A DNA stretch of 64,000 nt, taken from Gemmatales bacterium. GTDB taxonomy: Bacteria > Planctomycetota > Planctomycetia > Gemmatales > HRBIN36. Positions within the stretch are counted from its first letter, which is position 1. Every line of letters begins with the position of its first letter. Position numbers and translations under genes: made by a program. This document shows, piece by piece, positions 8,714 through 17,700 of the stretch. The notes under the pieces are model-generated. The model worked only from the letters and a program-made list of their open reading frames with translations. It had not been told where the DNA came from and searched no databases. Location of the stretch: the NCBI GenBank assembly GCA_041640595.1, contig JBEPZY010000002.1, forward strand, positions 340,651 to 404,650, given 5' to 3'.

Positions 8714-11443
8714 TCAAGGACGGTTGGCGAGCTGTTGCTGAGCGAGCTGGCGTGCCCGATCGAGAGCCTCGCTCAGTTTGCCGGGTTCTTTTCCGCCAGC
8801 GACGGCGAAATTGGCTTTGCCGCCTCCGCCTCCGCCCACCAGCGGTGCCACCTGCCGCAATAAGTTGCCGGCATGAAGACCTCGCTGCACTACATCTTCG
8901 GTCAGCGCCGCCAGCAGTTGCACGCGACCGTTGTCGCTCCAGCCAAGCACAACGACAGCGCTGCCGGCTTTTTGACGGAGACGGTCTGCCTGCTGACGTA
9001 TTTGTTCCTCGGGAGCGGCAGGCATCTCGCCCACGATGATCCGCACGCCATCGCACACGGTGGCCTGCGCCAGCAAGCGATCGGCAGCCGCCTGGAGATC
9101 GGTCGCGGCAGCACGGCGAAGTTGCTGCTGAAGCTGGCGGATTTCTTCCTGCAACGCCGTCAGCCGTTGCGGTAATTCCGCAGGCGCACAGCGTAACCGA
9201 TTTGCCAGTTGTTGCAGGAGATGGTCGCGTTCCTGCATAATCCGCACCGCCTGCCGCGCCGTCGCACACGTTACCCGCCGCACCCCTTTGCCCAGACCCT
9301 CTTCGCTCAGGATGACAAACGGGCCGATCTGTCCGGTGTGATCCACGTGCGTACCGCCGCAGAATTCCCGACTGAAACCGTCGCCGATCTCCACCACCCG
9401 CACGATTTCGCCATACTTCTCGCCGAAGAATGCACGCACACCGGGCAGTTTCCGTGCCTCGTCAATCGGCAATTCCCGCCAGGTGACCGGCAGGTCGAGG
9501 TAGATTTTTTCATTGACCAGTTCGACGACGCGGTCGCGCTCTTCGGGCCGCAATGGGCCGGTGTGGCTGAAGTCGAAAGTAAATTCGTCCGGCTTGACTT
9601 TGGAACCGCGTTGCTCAACATGCTCGCCCAGCACCTGCCGCAACGCCCAGTGCAGCAAGTGTGTGGCGGTGTGATTCTTGCGGGTGAATTCGCGGATACT
9701 GTCCACCTGCAATCGTGCCAGTTGTCCGGGCGCCAGATACCCAGCCGTAACCGTGCCCAGGTGGATGACCGTCTGGCCGAGTTGCTGCGTATCGGTCACC
9801 TCGAACGTACCGGTGCTGGTGGTGATGTAACCGCGATCGCCGATCTGCCCGCCCGATTCTGCATAAAAACAGGTGCGGTCGAGGATCAGCCCGACCGGCG
9901 AAGCTTCCTCAGCCATCATCTCCAGCCGACCGGTGGAGACGAAACGGTTGCCTTCGATCCAGCCGAGAATGGTTCCCTGTCCGGTCAAACCAAACCATTT
10001 TGTTCGGTCATCGGTCGGAGGCAACGTTCCCTCGACCTGCAGGGCGACCACGGTGGCTGGGGTTTGGGCACGTGATTTGGCCTCATGCTCAGCCAGTAAG
10101 CGAGCGTATTCCGCCTCATCCACCAGCAGACCACGTTCGCGGGCCATCTGTCGCGTCATGTCCGGTGGGAAACCGTAGGTGGTGTGCAACTCGAAAACAT
10201 CACGACCGGAAATCACGCCGCGGACGTTCTCCCAGCCAGTGTCAGAAGGCACAGAGATCGCGGAAGTAATCGGTTGGGCTCGTTCAGCGGCCTGGGCAAA
10301 ATAGCGCAAACCGCGTTCGATGGTGCGCAGGAAGTCCTCTTCCTCGCGGCGAATGATGTCGGCGACCCGCCCCGGTTGCCGACGCAGTTCCGGAAAAGCC
10401 TCGCCCATCTGCTCGACCACCACCGGCACCAGTCGGTACAGGAACGGTTCGCGCAGCTCAAACGCTTCCCAGCCGAATCGCATCGCCCGTCGCAAAATAC
10501 TCCGCACCACCGAACCGCGACCTTTGTTTCCTGGCAGGGCACCGTCGGTAATGGCAAAGGTAAGCATGCGGATATGATCCGCAATCACGCGAAAACCGAT
10601 GTCCACGATATCGTCCAGGCTGCCGCGGTAACGTTTGCCGGTCAGATCAGCCAGGGCATCGAGCAGGGGAGTGAACAAATCGGTGTCGTAGTTGCTCTGT
10701 TTGTTCTGCAGAACGGCGGTGATTCGCTCCAGGCCCATGCCGGTATCCACATGCTTGGCCGGTAACACGTGGAGTTTGCCGGTCTCGTCGCGGTTGTACT
10801 GAATGAAGACCAGGTTCCAGATTTCGATGACCCGCGGATCGCCGCGATTAATCAACGCCCCGCCGCTTTTGTCCGCAGTGCGGTCTATGTGGATTTCGGT
10901 GCACGGTCCGCACGGGCCGGTCTCTCCCATCATCCAGAAGTTGTCTTTTTTACCGAAACGGTGCACGTGGGTCGGATCAATATCGGTGAATTCCAGCCAG
11001 CAACGATAGGCCTCCTCGTCCGCCTCCAGTCCTTCCCGTTCATCGCCGGCAAAAACAGTGGCATGCAGTCGCTCTTTTTCGATACCCCAGACCCGCGTCA
11101 ACAAATCCCAGGCCCAGGCGATCGCTTCGGCTTTGTAATAATCTCCAAACGACCAGTTGCCGAGCATTTCGAAGAAGGTGTGATGATAAGTGTCACGGCC
11201 AACTTCTTCTAGGTCGTTGTGCTTGCCGCTGACGCGAATGCATTTCTGGCTGTTGACGGCCCGGCGATACGGACGCGTTCCTGTGCCGAGAAATACGTCT
11301 TTGAACTGATTCATGCCGGCGTTCGTGAACAACAGCGTCGGATCATCCACGGGTACCACACTCGACGACGGCACGAAAGTGTGGCCATGCTCACGCACAA
11401 AATAGTCAATGAATTGTTGACGGATTTCCTTGGCGCTGGGCAT
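8714..11443 (-). CDS. alaS: alanine--tRNA ligase
   Basis: DPTLLFTNAGMNQFK, HHTFFEMLGNWSFGDY, GPCGPCTEI, DTGMGLER, HTATHLL, EFCGGTHV, C-terminal GGGGG. Confidence 0.99.
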   Translation of the reverse strand: MPSAKEIRQQFIDYFVREHGHTFVPSSSVVPVDDPTLLFTNAGMNQFKDVFLGTGTRPYRRAVNSQKCIRVSGKHNDLEEVGRDTYHHTFFEMLGNWSFGDYYKAEAIAWAWDLLTRVWGIEKERLHATVFAGDEREGLEADEEAYRCWLEFTDIDPTHVHRFGKKDNFWMMGETGPCGPCTEIHIDRTADKSGGALINRGDPRVIEIWNLVFIQYNRDETGKLHVLPAKHVDTGMGLERITAVLQNKQSNYDTDLFTPLLDALADLTGKRYRGSLDDIVDIGFRVIADHIRMLTFAITDGALPGNKGRGSVVRSILRRAMRFGWEAFELREPFLYRLVPVVVEQMGEAFPELRRQPGRVADIIRREEEDFLRTIERGLRYFAQAAERAQPITSAISVPSDTGWENVRGVISGRDVFELHTTYGFPPDMTRQMARERGLLVDEAEYARLLAEHEAKSRAQTPATVVALQVEGTLPPTDDRTKWFGLTGQGTILGWIEGNRFVSTGRLEMMAEEASPVGLILDRTCFYAESGGQIGDRGYITTSTGTFEVTDTQQLGQTVIHLGTVTAGYLAPGQLARLQVDSIREFTRKNHTATHLLHWALRQVLGEHVEQRGSKVKPDEFTFDFSHTGPLRPEERDRVVELVNEKIYLDLPVTWRELPIDEARKLPGVRAFFGEKYGEIVRVVEIGDGFSREFCGGTHVDHTGQIGPFVILSEEGLGKGVRRVTCATARQAVRIMQERDHLLQQLANRLRCAPAELPQRLTALQEEIRQLQQQLRRAAATDLQAAADRLLAQATVCDGVRIIVGEMPAAPEEQIRQQADRLRQKAGSAVVVLGWSDNGRVQLLAALTEDVVQRGLHAGNLLRQVAPLVGGGGGGKANFAVAGGKEPGKLSEALDRARQLAQQQLANRP

Positions 11444-11572
11444 ACCTGATCATCCCCAAATTAGGCACCACGTGTTGCACGATGGAGGGCTGTCCGAACT
11501 ATTGTCCGCAGCATTGGCCGCAGCGTCAACGCGACTTGGTTGTGCTCGGCGGGAGCGACACCCGACGGCAAA

Positions 11573-11663
11573 CCGTTTTCGCAGCGGCAAGGTATGCGAG
11601 ATATGCAGCATGGGCATTGGCAGCGACAGTAAGGCAGGCCGTTTTCGCAGCGGCACGGTATGC
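11573..11663. repeat. 25-bp direct repeat x2 (66-bp period) in the alaS/panC divergent intergenic region
   Basis: CCGTTTTCGCAGCGGCA(A/C)GGTATGC at 11573 and 11639. Confidence 0.85.
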
Positions 11664-11839
11664 CCGGCCAACTGCCATGCCCGCCCAGGTTCGCGGTTAC
11701 TCGAACAGGCTATTGCGAAGGCTTCTACGATAATAGAGCACAAGGCCAAGCGGTATCGGCGATCGTCTGTGCACTGGCGGGACCGCGACCAGAGCGTCAG
11801 GCTGTCGCCATTGCGACGAGGCAGCGGGAAGGAGAAGGC

Positions 11840-12694
11840 ATGCGGCAGGTGACGACCGAATCGGAACTGCGAGCGGCAATCGGCCAGGCTCGCCGAGCTG
11901 GACAGCGGATCGGTTTTGTGCCCACTATGGGGGCACTCCACGAAGGACACGCCAGCCTGATCCGAGCGGCCCGACGCGAGACGGATTTCGTCGTCGTCTC
12001 GATTTTCGTCAATCCGACCCAGTTCGGCCCCAACGAGGATTACCAGCGTTATCCCCGCACGCCGCAGGCCGACGCCGAAATCTGCCAGCGCGAGGGCGTG
12101 GATTTGCTTTTCGCGCCGACGGTGGAGGAGATGTATCCGCCTGGCTTTTGCACCTGGGTCGAGGTGACCGGTTTGCAGGACGTGCTGTGCGGGCGATCCC
12201 GTCCCGGTCACTTTCGCGGTGTCGCCACCGTCGTGCTCAAACTCTTCAATCTGGTGCAGCCGGACATCGCTTATTTCGGTCAGAAAGACGCCCAGCAGGC
12301 TCGCATCATTCGCCAGATGGTGCGGGACCTCAACGTGCCGGTGGAAATTCGCGTTTGTCCCATTGTCCGTGAGCCGGACGGACTGGCCATGAGTTCCCGC
12401 AATGCCTATTTATCGCCCGAACAAAGACGGCAAGCTACGGTGCTCTATCGGGCACTCTGTGCGGCACATGAGCTGGTGAAGCAGGGAGAGCGTGATGCCG
12501 GGCGTGTCCGCGAACACATGCTGCAGGTGATCGCCACTGTCCCGGAGGCGGTTCTCGATTACGCTGAGATTGTTGACCCCGAAACTCTGCAACCGGTGCA
12601 GCAGATCAACGCTCCGGTGCTGGCAGCGCTGGCAGTCAAGATCGGCCCGGCGCGGCTCATTGATAACATGACGCTTACACCGCCGACACACTAA
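11840..12694 (+). CDS. panC: pantoate--beta-alanine ligase
   Basis: GFVPTMGALHEGH, SIFVNPTQF, RPGHFRGV, YFGQKDAQQ, GLAMSSRN, RLIDN; AAGGAG RBS before ATG 11840. Confidence 0.98.
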   Translation: MRQVTTESELRAAIGQARRAGQRIGFVPTMGALHEGHASLIRAARRETDFVVVSIFVNPTQFGPNEDYQRYPRTPQADAEICQREGVDLLFAPTVEEMYPPGFCTWVEVTGLQDVLCGRSRPGHFRGVATVVLKLFNLVQPDIAYFGQKDAQQARIIRQMVRDLNVPVEIRVCPIVREPDGLAMSSRNAYLSPEQRRQATVLYRALCAAHELVKQGERDAGRVREHMLQVIATVPEAVLDYAEIVDPETLQPVQQINAPVLAALAVKIGPARLIDNMTLTPPTH

Positions 12695-12771
12695 GCAGCG
12701 TCCGCAGGGGCGTGGCTCACCGCAAGCCAGCCCGCAGCGGAAAATACGGAGCACTTTACGGAGCGCACACC

Positions 12772-13968
12772 ATGAAGGATTGGCCCTTGCCCAGGCGATT
12801 TCGATTTGCCGGCGATCGGTGTGGCATTCGCGGTAACGATCCCCGCAAGGATTTGGCTCTGCTGATGAGCGAAATTCCCGCCGCAGCAGCCGGTGTGTTT
12901 ACGCAGAACCGCGTGTGTGCCGCTCCGGTTCAGGTGAGCCGACAGCGTGTGCCCGCCGGCGACGCCAGGGCGATTATCATCTGTTCGGGCAACGCCAACG
13001 CCTGCACTGGGCCGCAGGGTTTGCGCGACGCTTTGCGCATGACCGACCTGACCGCTGAACTGCTCGGCTGTCAGCCCCGGCAGGTGCTGGTCTGTTCGAC
13101 GGGCATTATCGGCCGGCTGCTTCCCATGGATCGCGTCGAAGCCGGTATCCGACAGCTGGTGCCGCAATTGCGCGAGGACAGCCGGGCTTTGCAGGCGGCT
13201 GCCGAAGCCATTTTGACCACCGATAGCCGGACGAAAATCGTGGCCCGGCAACTGAGCCTGTCCGGCCAGGAGATTCGCCTGCTCGGACTGGCTAAAGGTG
13301 CGGCGATGATCGGGCCGCAAATGGCCACCATGCTCGCTTTCGTGCTCACCGATGCAGCCATTGCACCCGCCGACCTCGATCGGGCACTGCGCCAGGCGGT
13401 GGATCGCAGCTTCCATTGCATCAGCGTGGACGCTCACACCAGCACCAATGACACCGTGTTGACACTCGCCAATGCTGCCGCGGGTCCCGAACCGCTGGTG
13501 GGTGAAAAGCTGGAACAGTTTACCGCGGCACTTACCGAAGTGTGCGCAGCTCTGGCACGGGAAATTGTTGCCGACGCCGAAGGGGCCAGCCATTTGATTA
13601 CGCTGGAAATCCTCGGTCTGCCGAGCGAAAGCGATGCCCGACAAATTGCCCGTACCATTGCCGCCAGCCCCCTGGTCAAAACCGCCATTTTCGGTGCCGA
13701 TCCGAACTGGGGGCGGATTCTTTCCGCCGCCGGTTATGCTGGTGTCCCGTTTGCCGAACAGGAGGTTTCGCTCTGGATCGGTGACTGGCTCGTTTACGAT
13801 CGCGGCCAACCTTGCCCATTTGACACCGCCACGGTCGCCAATTATCTGCGGCAAAATCGGGAAGTGAACATCCGCTTACAATTTCGCTCCGGCTCTGCCA
13901 GTTGCCGTTTCTGGACCAGCGACCTCACCTACGACTACGTCCGCCTCAACGCCGAATACACCACTTGA
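12772..13968 (+). CDS. argJ: bifunctional glutamate N-acetyltransferase/ornithine acetyltransferase
   Basis: SGNANACTG, STGIIG, AKGAAMIGPQMATML, STND, DAEGA, DPNWGRI, DLTYDYVRLNAEYTT. Confidence 0.98.
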   Translation: MKDWPLPRRFRFAGDRCGIRGNDPRKDLALLMSEIPAAAAGVFTQNRVCAAPVQVSRQRVPAGDARAIIICSGNANACTGPQGLRDALRMTDLTAELLGCQPRQVLVCSTGIIGRLLPMDRVEAGIRQLVPQLREDSRALQAAAEAILTTDSRTKIVARQLSLSGQEIRLLGLAKGAAMIGPQMATMLAFVLTDAAIAPADLDRALRQAVDRSFHCISVDAHTSTNDTVLTLANAAAGPEPLVGEKLEQFTAALTEVCAALAREIVADAEGASHLITLEILGLPSESDARQIARTIAASPLVKTAIFGADPNWGRILSAAGYAGVPFAEQEVSLWIGDWLVYDRGQPCPFDTATVANYLRQNREVNIRLQFRSGSASCRFWTSDLTYDYVRLNAEYTT

Positions 13969-13991
13969 AACCCCACCTGCACCACGTGCAC

Positions 13992-14148
13992 CGCCGCAGA
14001 TAGTCGATCGTGAACTTGGCAACTATAAGCTGCTCAGGTATTACAACCCGGCCTATCGCCGCAGACAGTCAATCGTGAACCTCAGCGCCAACACGATGCA
14101 GCCCGAACGTATCGCACCCCTTATCGCCGCAGACAGTGAATCGTGAAC
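13992..14148. repeat. degenerate tandem repeat, 3 copies of a ~25-bp core at 65-68 bp period
   Basis: CGCCGCAGA(C/T)AGTNNATCGTGAAC at ~13992, 14057 and 14125. Confidence 0.85.
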
Positions 14149-14207
14149 GGGTTGCCGTGGGTGCTGCCTCGCCAACATCACACAGCGCAGAGCGAACACC
14201 GAACCGA

Positions 14208-14709
14208 GAGCGGCGGGCGTCAGCCCGCCGTGGTTCGTGCGGAGACGCGCTTGGAATGCACCGCGAACAATGTCCGGAGAATAACGACTGCCGAACCAAG
14301 AGCGGCGGGCGTCAGCCCGCCGTGGCTGGTGATACCGACGCTATACTGCGAGAATCGAGCATCGTTCGGCGACCGACGGCACACGACCGAAGAGCCGCGA
14401 CCGTCAGCCCGCCGTGGGTGTTAGGGAAATGCACTTGCAGGAACGCTGCCGCAAAGTTGTAGGAGTCTGTTGACGGTGCGCTCACGAACCCCCGTGCAGT
14501 CGCGGTAGCGAACCCACGGGGGGCTTACGCCCCCCGCTCTCATGTTGCAGTGCGAAAGTTTGCCGGCGAAAAAAACGATTTTTTCGATGCGCGAACGCAC
14601 GTTCACAGGAGCGGCGGGCGTCAGCCCGCCGTGGTTCGGTGAACCGAGCGTCATGCAGTCATAATCGCTTAATCTTCGGCGACTGGCGAACACACAATCA
14701 GAGCGGCGG
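14208..14709. repeat. REP/BIME-like mosaic array 2
   Basis: GAGCGGCGGGCGTCAGCCCGCCGTGG units; several linkers are reverse complements of array-1 modules. Confidence 0.9.
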
Positions 14710-14725
14710 TTCTGCGGAGATGGGG

Positions 14726-17700
14726 TTAGTTCACCAACACGCCGCGGGTGCTGGGCGGAACAAAGTTGAGGATGGCGGCGTTTCCTGCCGCGTCGGTCAA
14801 AGTTACGCCGCTGGGCAGAATCACCGGCGAGAGTATTTCGATGCCGTCAAAATCGCGGTCCGGGATGCGGATGACATAGCGGAATCGCAAGGTGGTGCCA
14901 TTGACCTGAGCCGACAATTCCGCTTGCCGCAGGTTGCTGCCGATCCGCAGCAACACGTAAGGCCGACCACTGCCGGTCAGCTGCACCGGCTCGCTGAAAC
15001 GGATGGTGATTTCCAGTGCCTGGCCGGTGATATAACGACCGGTTGCAGGCGGGGTGACGCTGACGATGGTCGGTGCCACACCGTCCACGCGAACACCGGA
15101 ACCGTCGGGCGGCGAGAAAGCGGTATCGGCATCGTTCCCGGCCCGGTCGCGGATGAAAGTTCCCGGTGGCCGCAAGATCGGCGACACAATCTCGATCCCG
15201 TCGCTGTCCAGATCGCCCGGTTGCACCTGGTAACGGAATTGCAGCGTGTTGGTACCGGAGCCGGATGCGTAGGTGGCGTTGCGCAGGAATCGGCCAATCT
15301 GCAACCGAATGTACGGCCGGGCGGAAGCCGTCGTGCCGACCACCACCGGTTCGGAGAATTGCACGTTGACGGTCAAAATCTGGCCGATCCGATAGGTGCC
15401 CGGCCTGGGACCCAACACGCCGATAATTCCGGGTGCCACGCCATCTACTCGCACCTGACTGGTATCGGGAACGGCGAAACTCAGGCTGGCATTCGAACCA
15501 CTGCCGTTGCGGATCGCGCCCCCGTTGAGATCGATCGTCTCCGCCATGCTCACGCCGTCCAGGTCGAGGTCGCCGCTTTGTACCCTGTAGCGGAAGACGA
15601 GCGTGTCGGTGCTGCTGCCGGAGACATAAACGGCAAAAACATTCCGACCGCCGATGTTCAGGGCGATGCGTGGGCTTCCGGTGACGAAGACCGGTTCGCT
15701 GAATAGCAGCCGGAAGTCCAGATTCTGTCCACGCCGATACAGTCCATCCGCAGGCGGAAGGACGTCGTCAATTACCGGCCCGGTGGCATCCACGCGGATA
15801 GCGCTGGTGTCGGGCGGTGTGAAACTCAGTGAGGCATCGAGGCCATCGTCCAGGTCGCGGATGGTGCCGCCGTTCAACTCCAGCGGGGCAACCAGCGTGA
15901 TGCCGTCCGTGTCCAGTTCGCCCGGAATGACCGTGTAGCGGAATATCAGCGTATCGCTGCCACTGCCGCTGACATAGTCGGCAAACCGATCCGTGCTGCC
16001 GATGACCAGGTGCAACTGGGGCGTTCCGCTTACGGTAACGGGTTCGCTGAAGCGGAGACGAAATTCCAGCACATCCCCGGCCTGATACACGCCTGCGGGC
16101 GGAATCTGCAGGCTGACGATGGTGGGAGTGGTCAAGCCAATCCGCACTCCCGAGGTGTCCGGCGGAGTAAACGAGACTCCAGCGTCGTTCTGAGCCCGGT
16201 CGCGGATGGCCGCACCATTGAGATCCAGGCCCGATGCCAGGGTGATGCCATCGGCATCGCGATCGCCCGGCTGCACCGTGTAACGGAAACGCAGCGTATC
16301 GGAGCCGCTTCCCGATTGGTAACTGGCAAAGCGTGTCGTACTACCGATCACCAGGGCCAGTCGCGGTAAGGTGCCGGAGCTGCTCACAAACACCGGTTCG
16401 GAAAAGCGCACGGTGAAATCGAGGTTCTGCCCGGCCAGATAAATCCCGTTTGTCGGCCCACTCACCGCGACAATCTGCGGTGCCACGCCATCTACCAACA
16501 CGCCACTGGTACCGGGCGGCGTGAAAAAGACGCTGGCATTGCTGCCGAACACGTTGCGGATCGTTCCTCCGTTCAGGAGAATCGGCGAAAGCATCGCTAT
16601 GCCATCGTCATCGCTTTCGCCCGCCTGGATGACGTAACGGAACCGCAAGACGTTCGTGCCGCTGCCGGAAACGTAACTCGCCAGTCGCGTGGTCGAACCG
16701 ATGACCAGTTGCACCTGCGGCGTACCAGCGCTGGTGTTGACAAACACGGTCTGGCCGAAATTGAAATCGAACGTCAGAACCTGCCCGATGCGATACCACC
16801 CGGGTGCCGGGACGGTAACCGATTGCACGCTGGGTGCCGGCTGACCGATACGGATGCCGCTGGTGTCCGGCGGAGTGAACCGCAGCAGGGCCGGGTTATT
16901 GGAACTGTCCTTGATGGTGCTGCCGTTGAGCAATACCGGCGAGATCAGCTGGATGCCATCGTCGTCGAATTCGCCCGGCTGCACCGTGTAGCGGAAAAGC
17001 AGCGTGTCCGAACCGAGCGTCGAGACGAAACCGGCCTGGCGAACGGTCGCTCCGATAATCAGTTGCAGGCTCGGACTTCCGCCAGTGGTGTCGACGATGA
17101 CGCTGCGATCGAAACGCACCTGAAAGTCGAGGTTCTGCCCGGCCAGATACGTACCATTGGCCGGCGGGGTGACCGAGACGATTACCGGCCCGACCACGTT
17201 GACCAGCACGTCGCGGGTGTCCGGCGGAACAAACCGCAAACCGGCATCGTGCCCGCTGGTGTCGCGGATGGTGCCACCGTTGCGTTCCAGCCTGTTGGCC
17301 ACGGTGATGCCGTCGTTATCGAAATCGCTGGCCTGCACCGTGTAGCGGAAGGTCAGCGTATCGGTGTTGCTGCCCGAAACGTAATCGGCATAACGCACCT
17401 GCGCGCCGATGGTCAGAGCCAGTCGAGGCCTGCCCCCGCTGGTATTCACGACGACCGGAGCGCTGAACCGCACCAGGAAATCCAGGTCCTGACCGGTCAT
17501 GTAGATGTTGGGAGCTGGCGGCGTTACGCTGACGATGGTCGGGCCCAGAACGTTGACCAGAATGCCACTGGCATCGGGCGGAGTAAATCCCAGAAGCGCT
17601 GCGTTGCCCGCGGGGTCCTGCATCGTTCCGCCGTTGAGTTCCAGGGGCTGAATAAGCTCGATACCGTCGTCGTCGAAATCGCTGGCCTGCACCGTGTAGC

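Noticed and set aside
12691..13854. 387-aa minus-strand ORF, and similar antisense ORFs over alaS, 26100..27050, 29155..29895, 35003..36025 and 37974..38828
   Set aside because: They overlap well-supported genes on the opposite strand and have no recognisable motifs.
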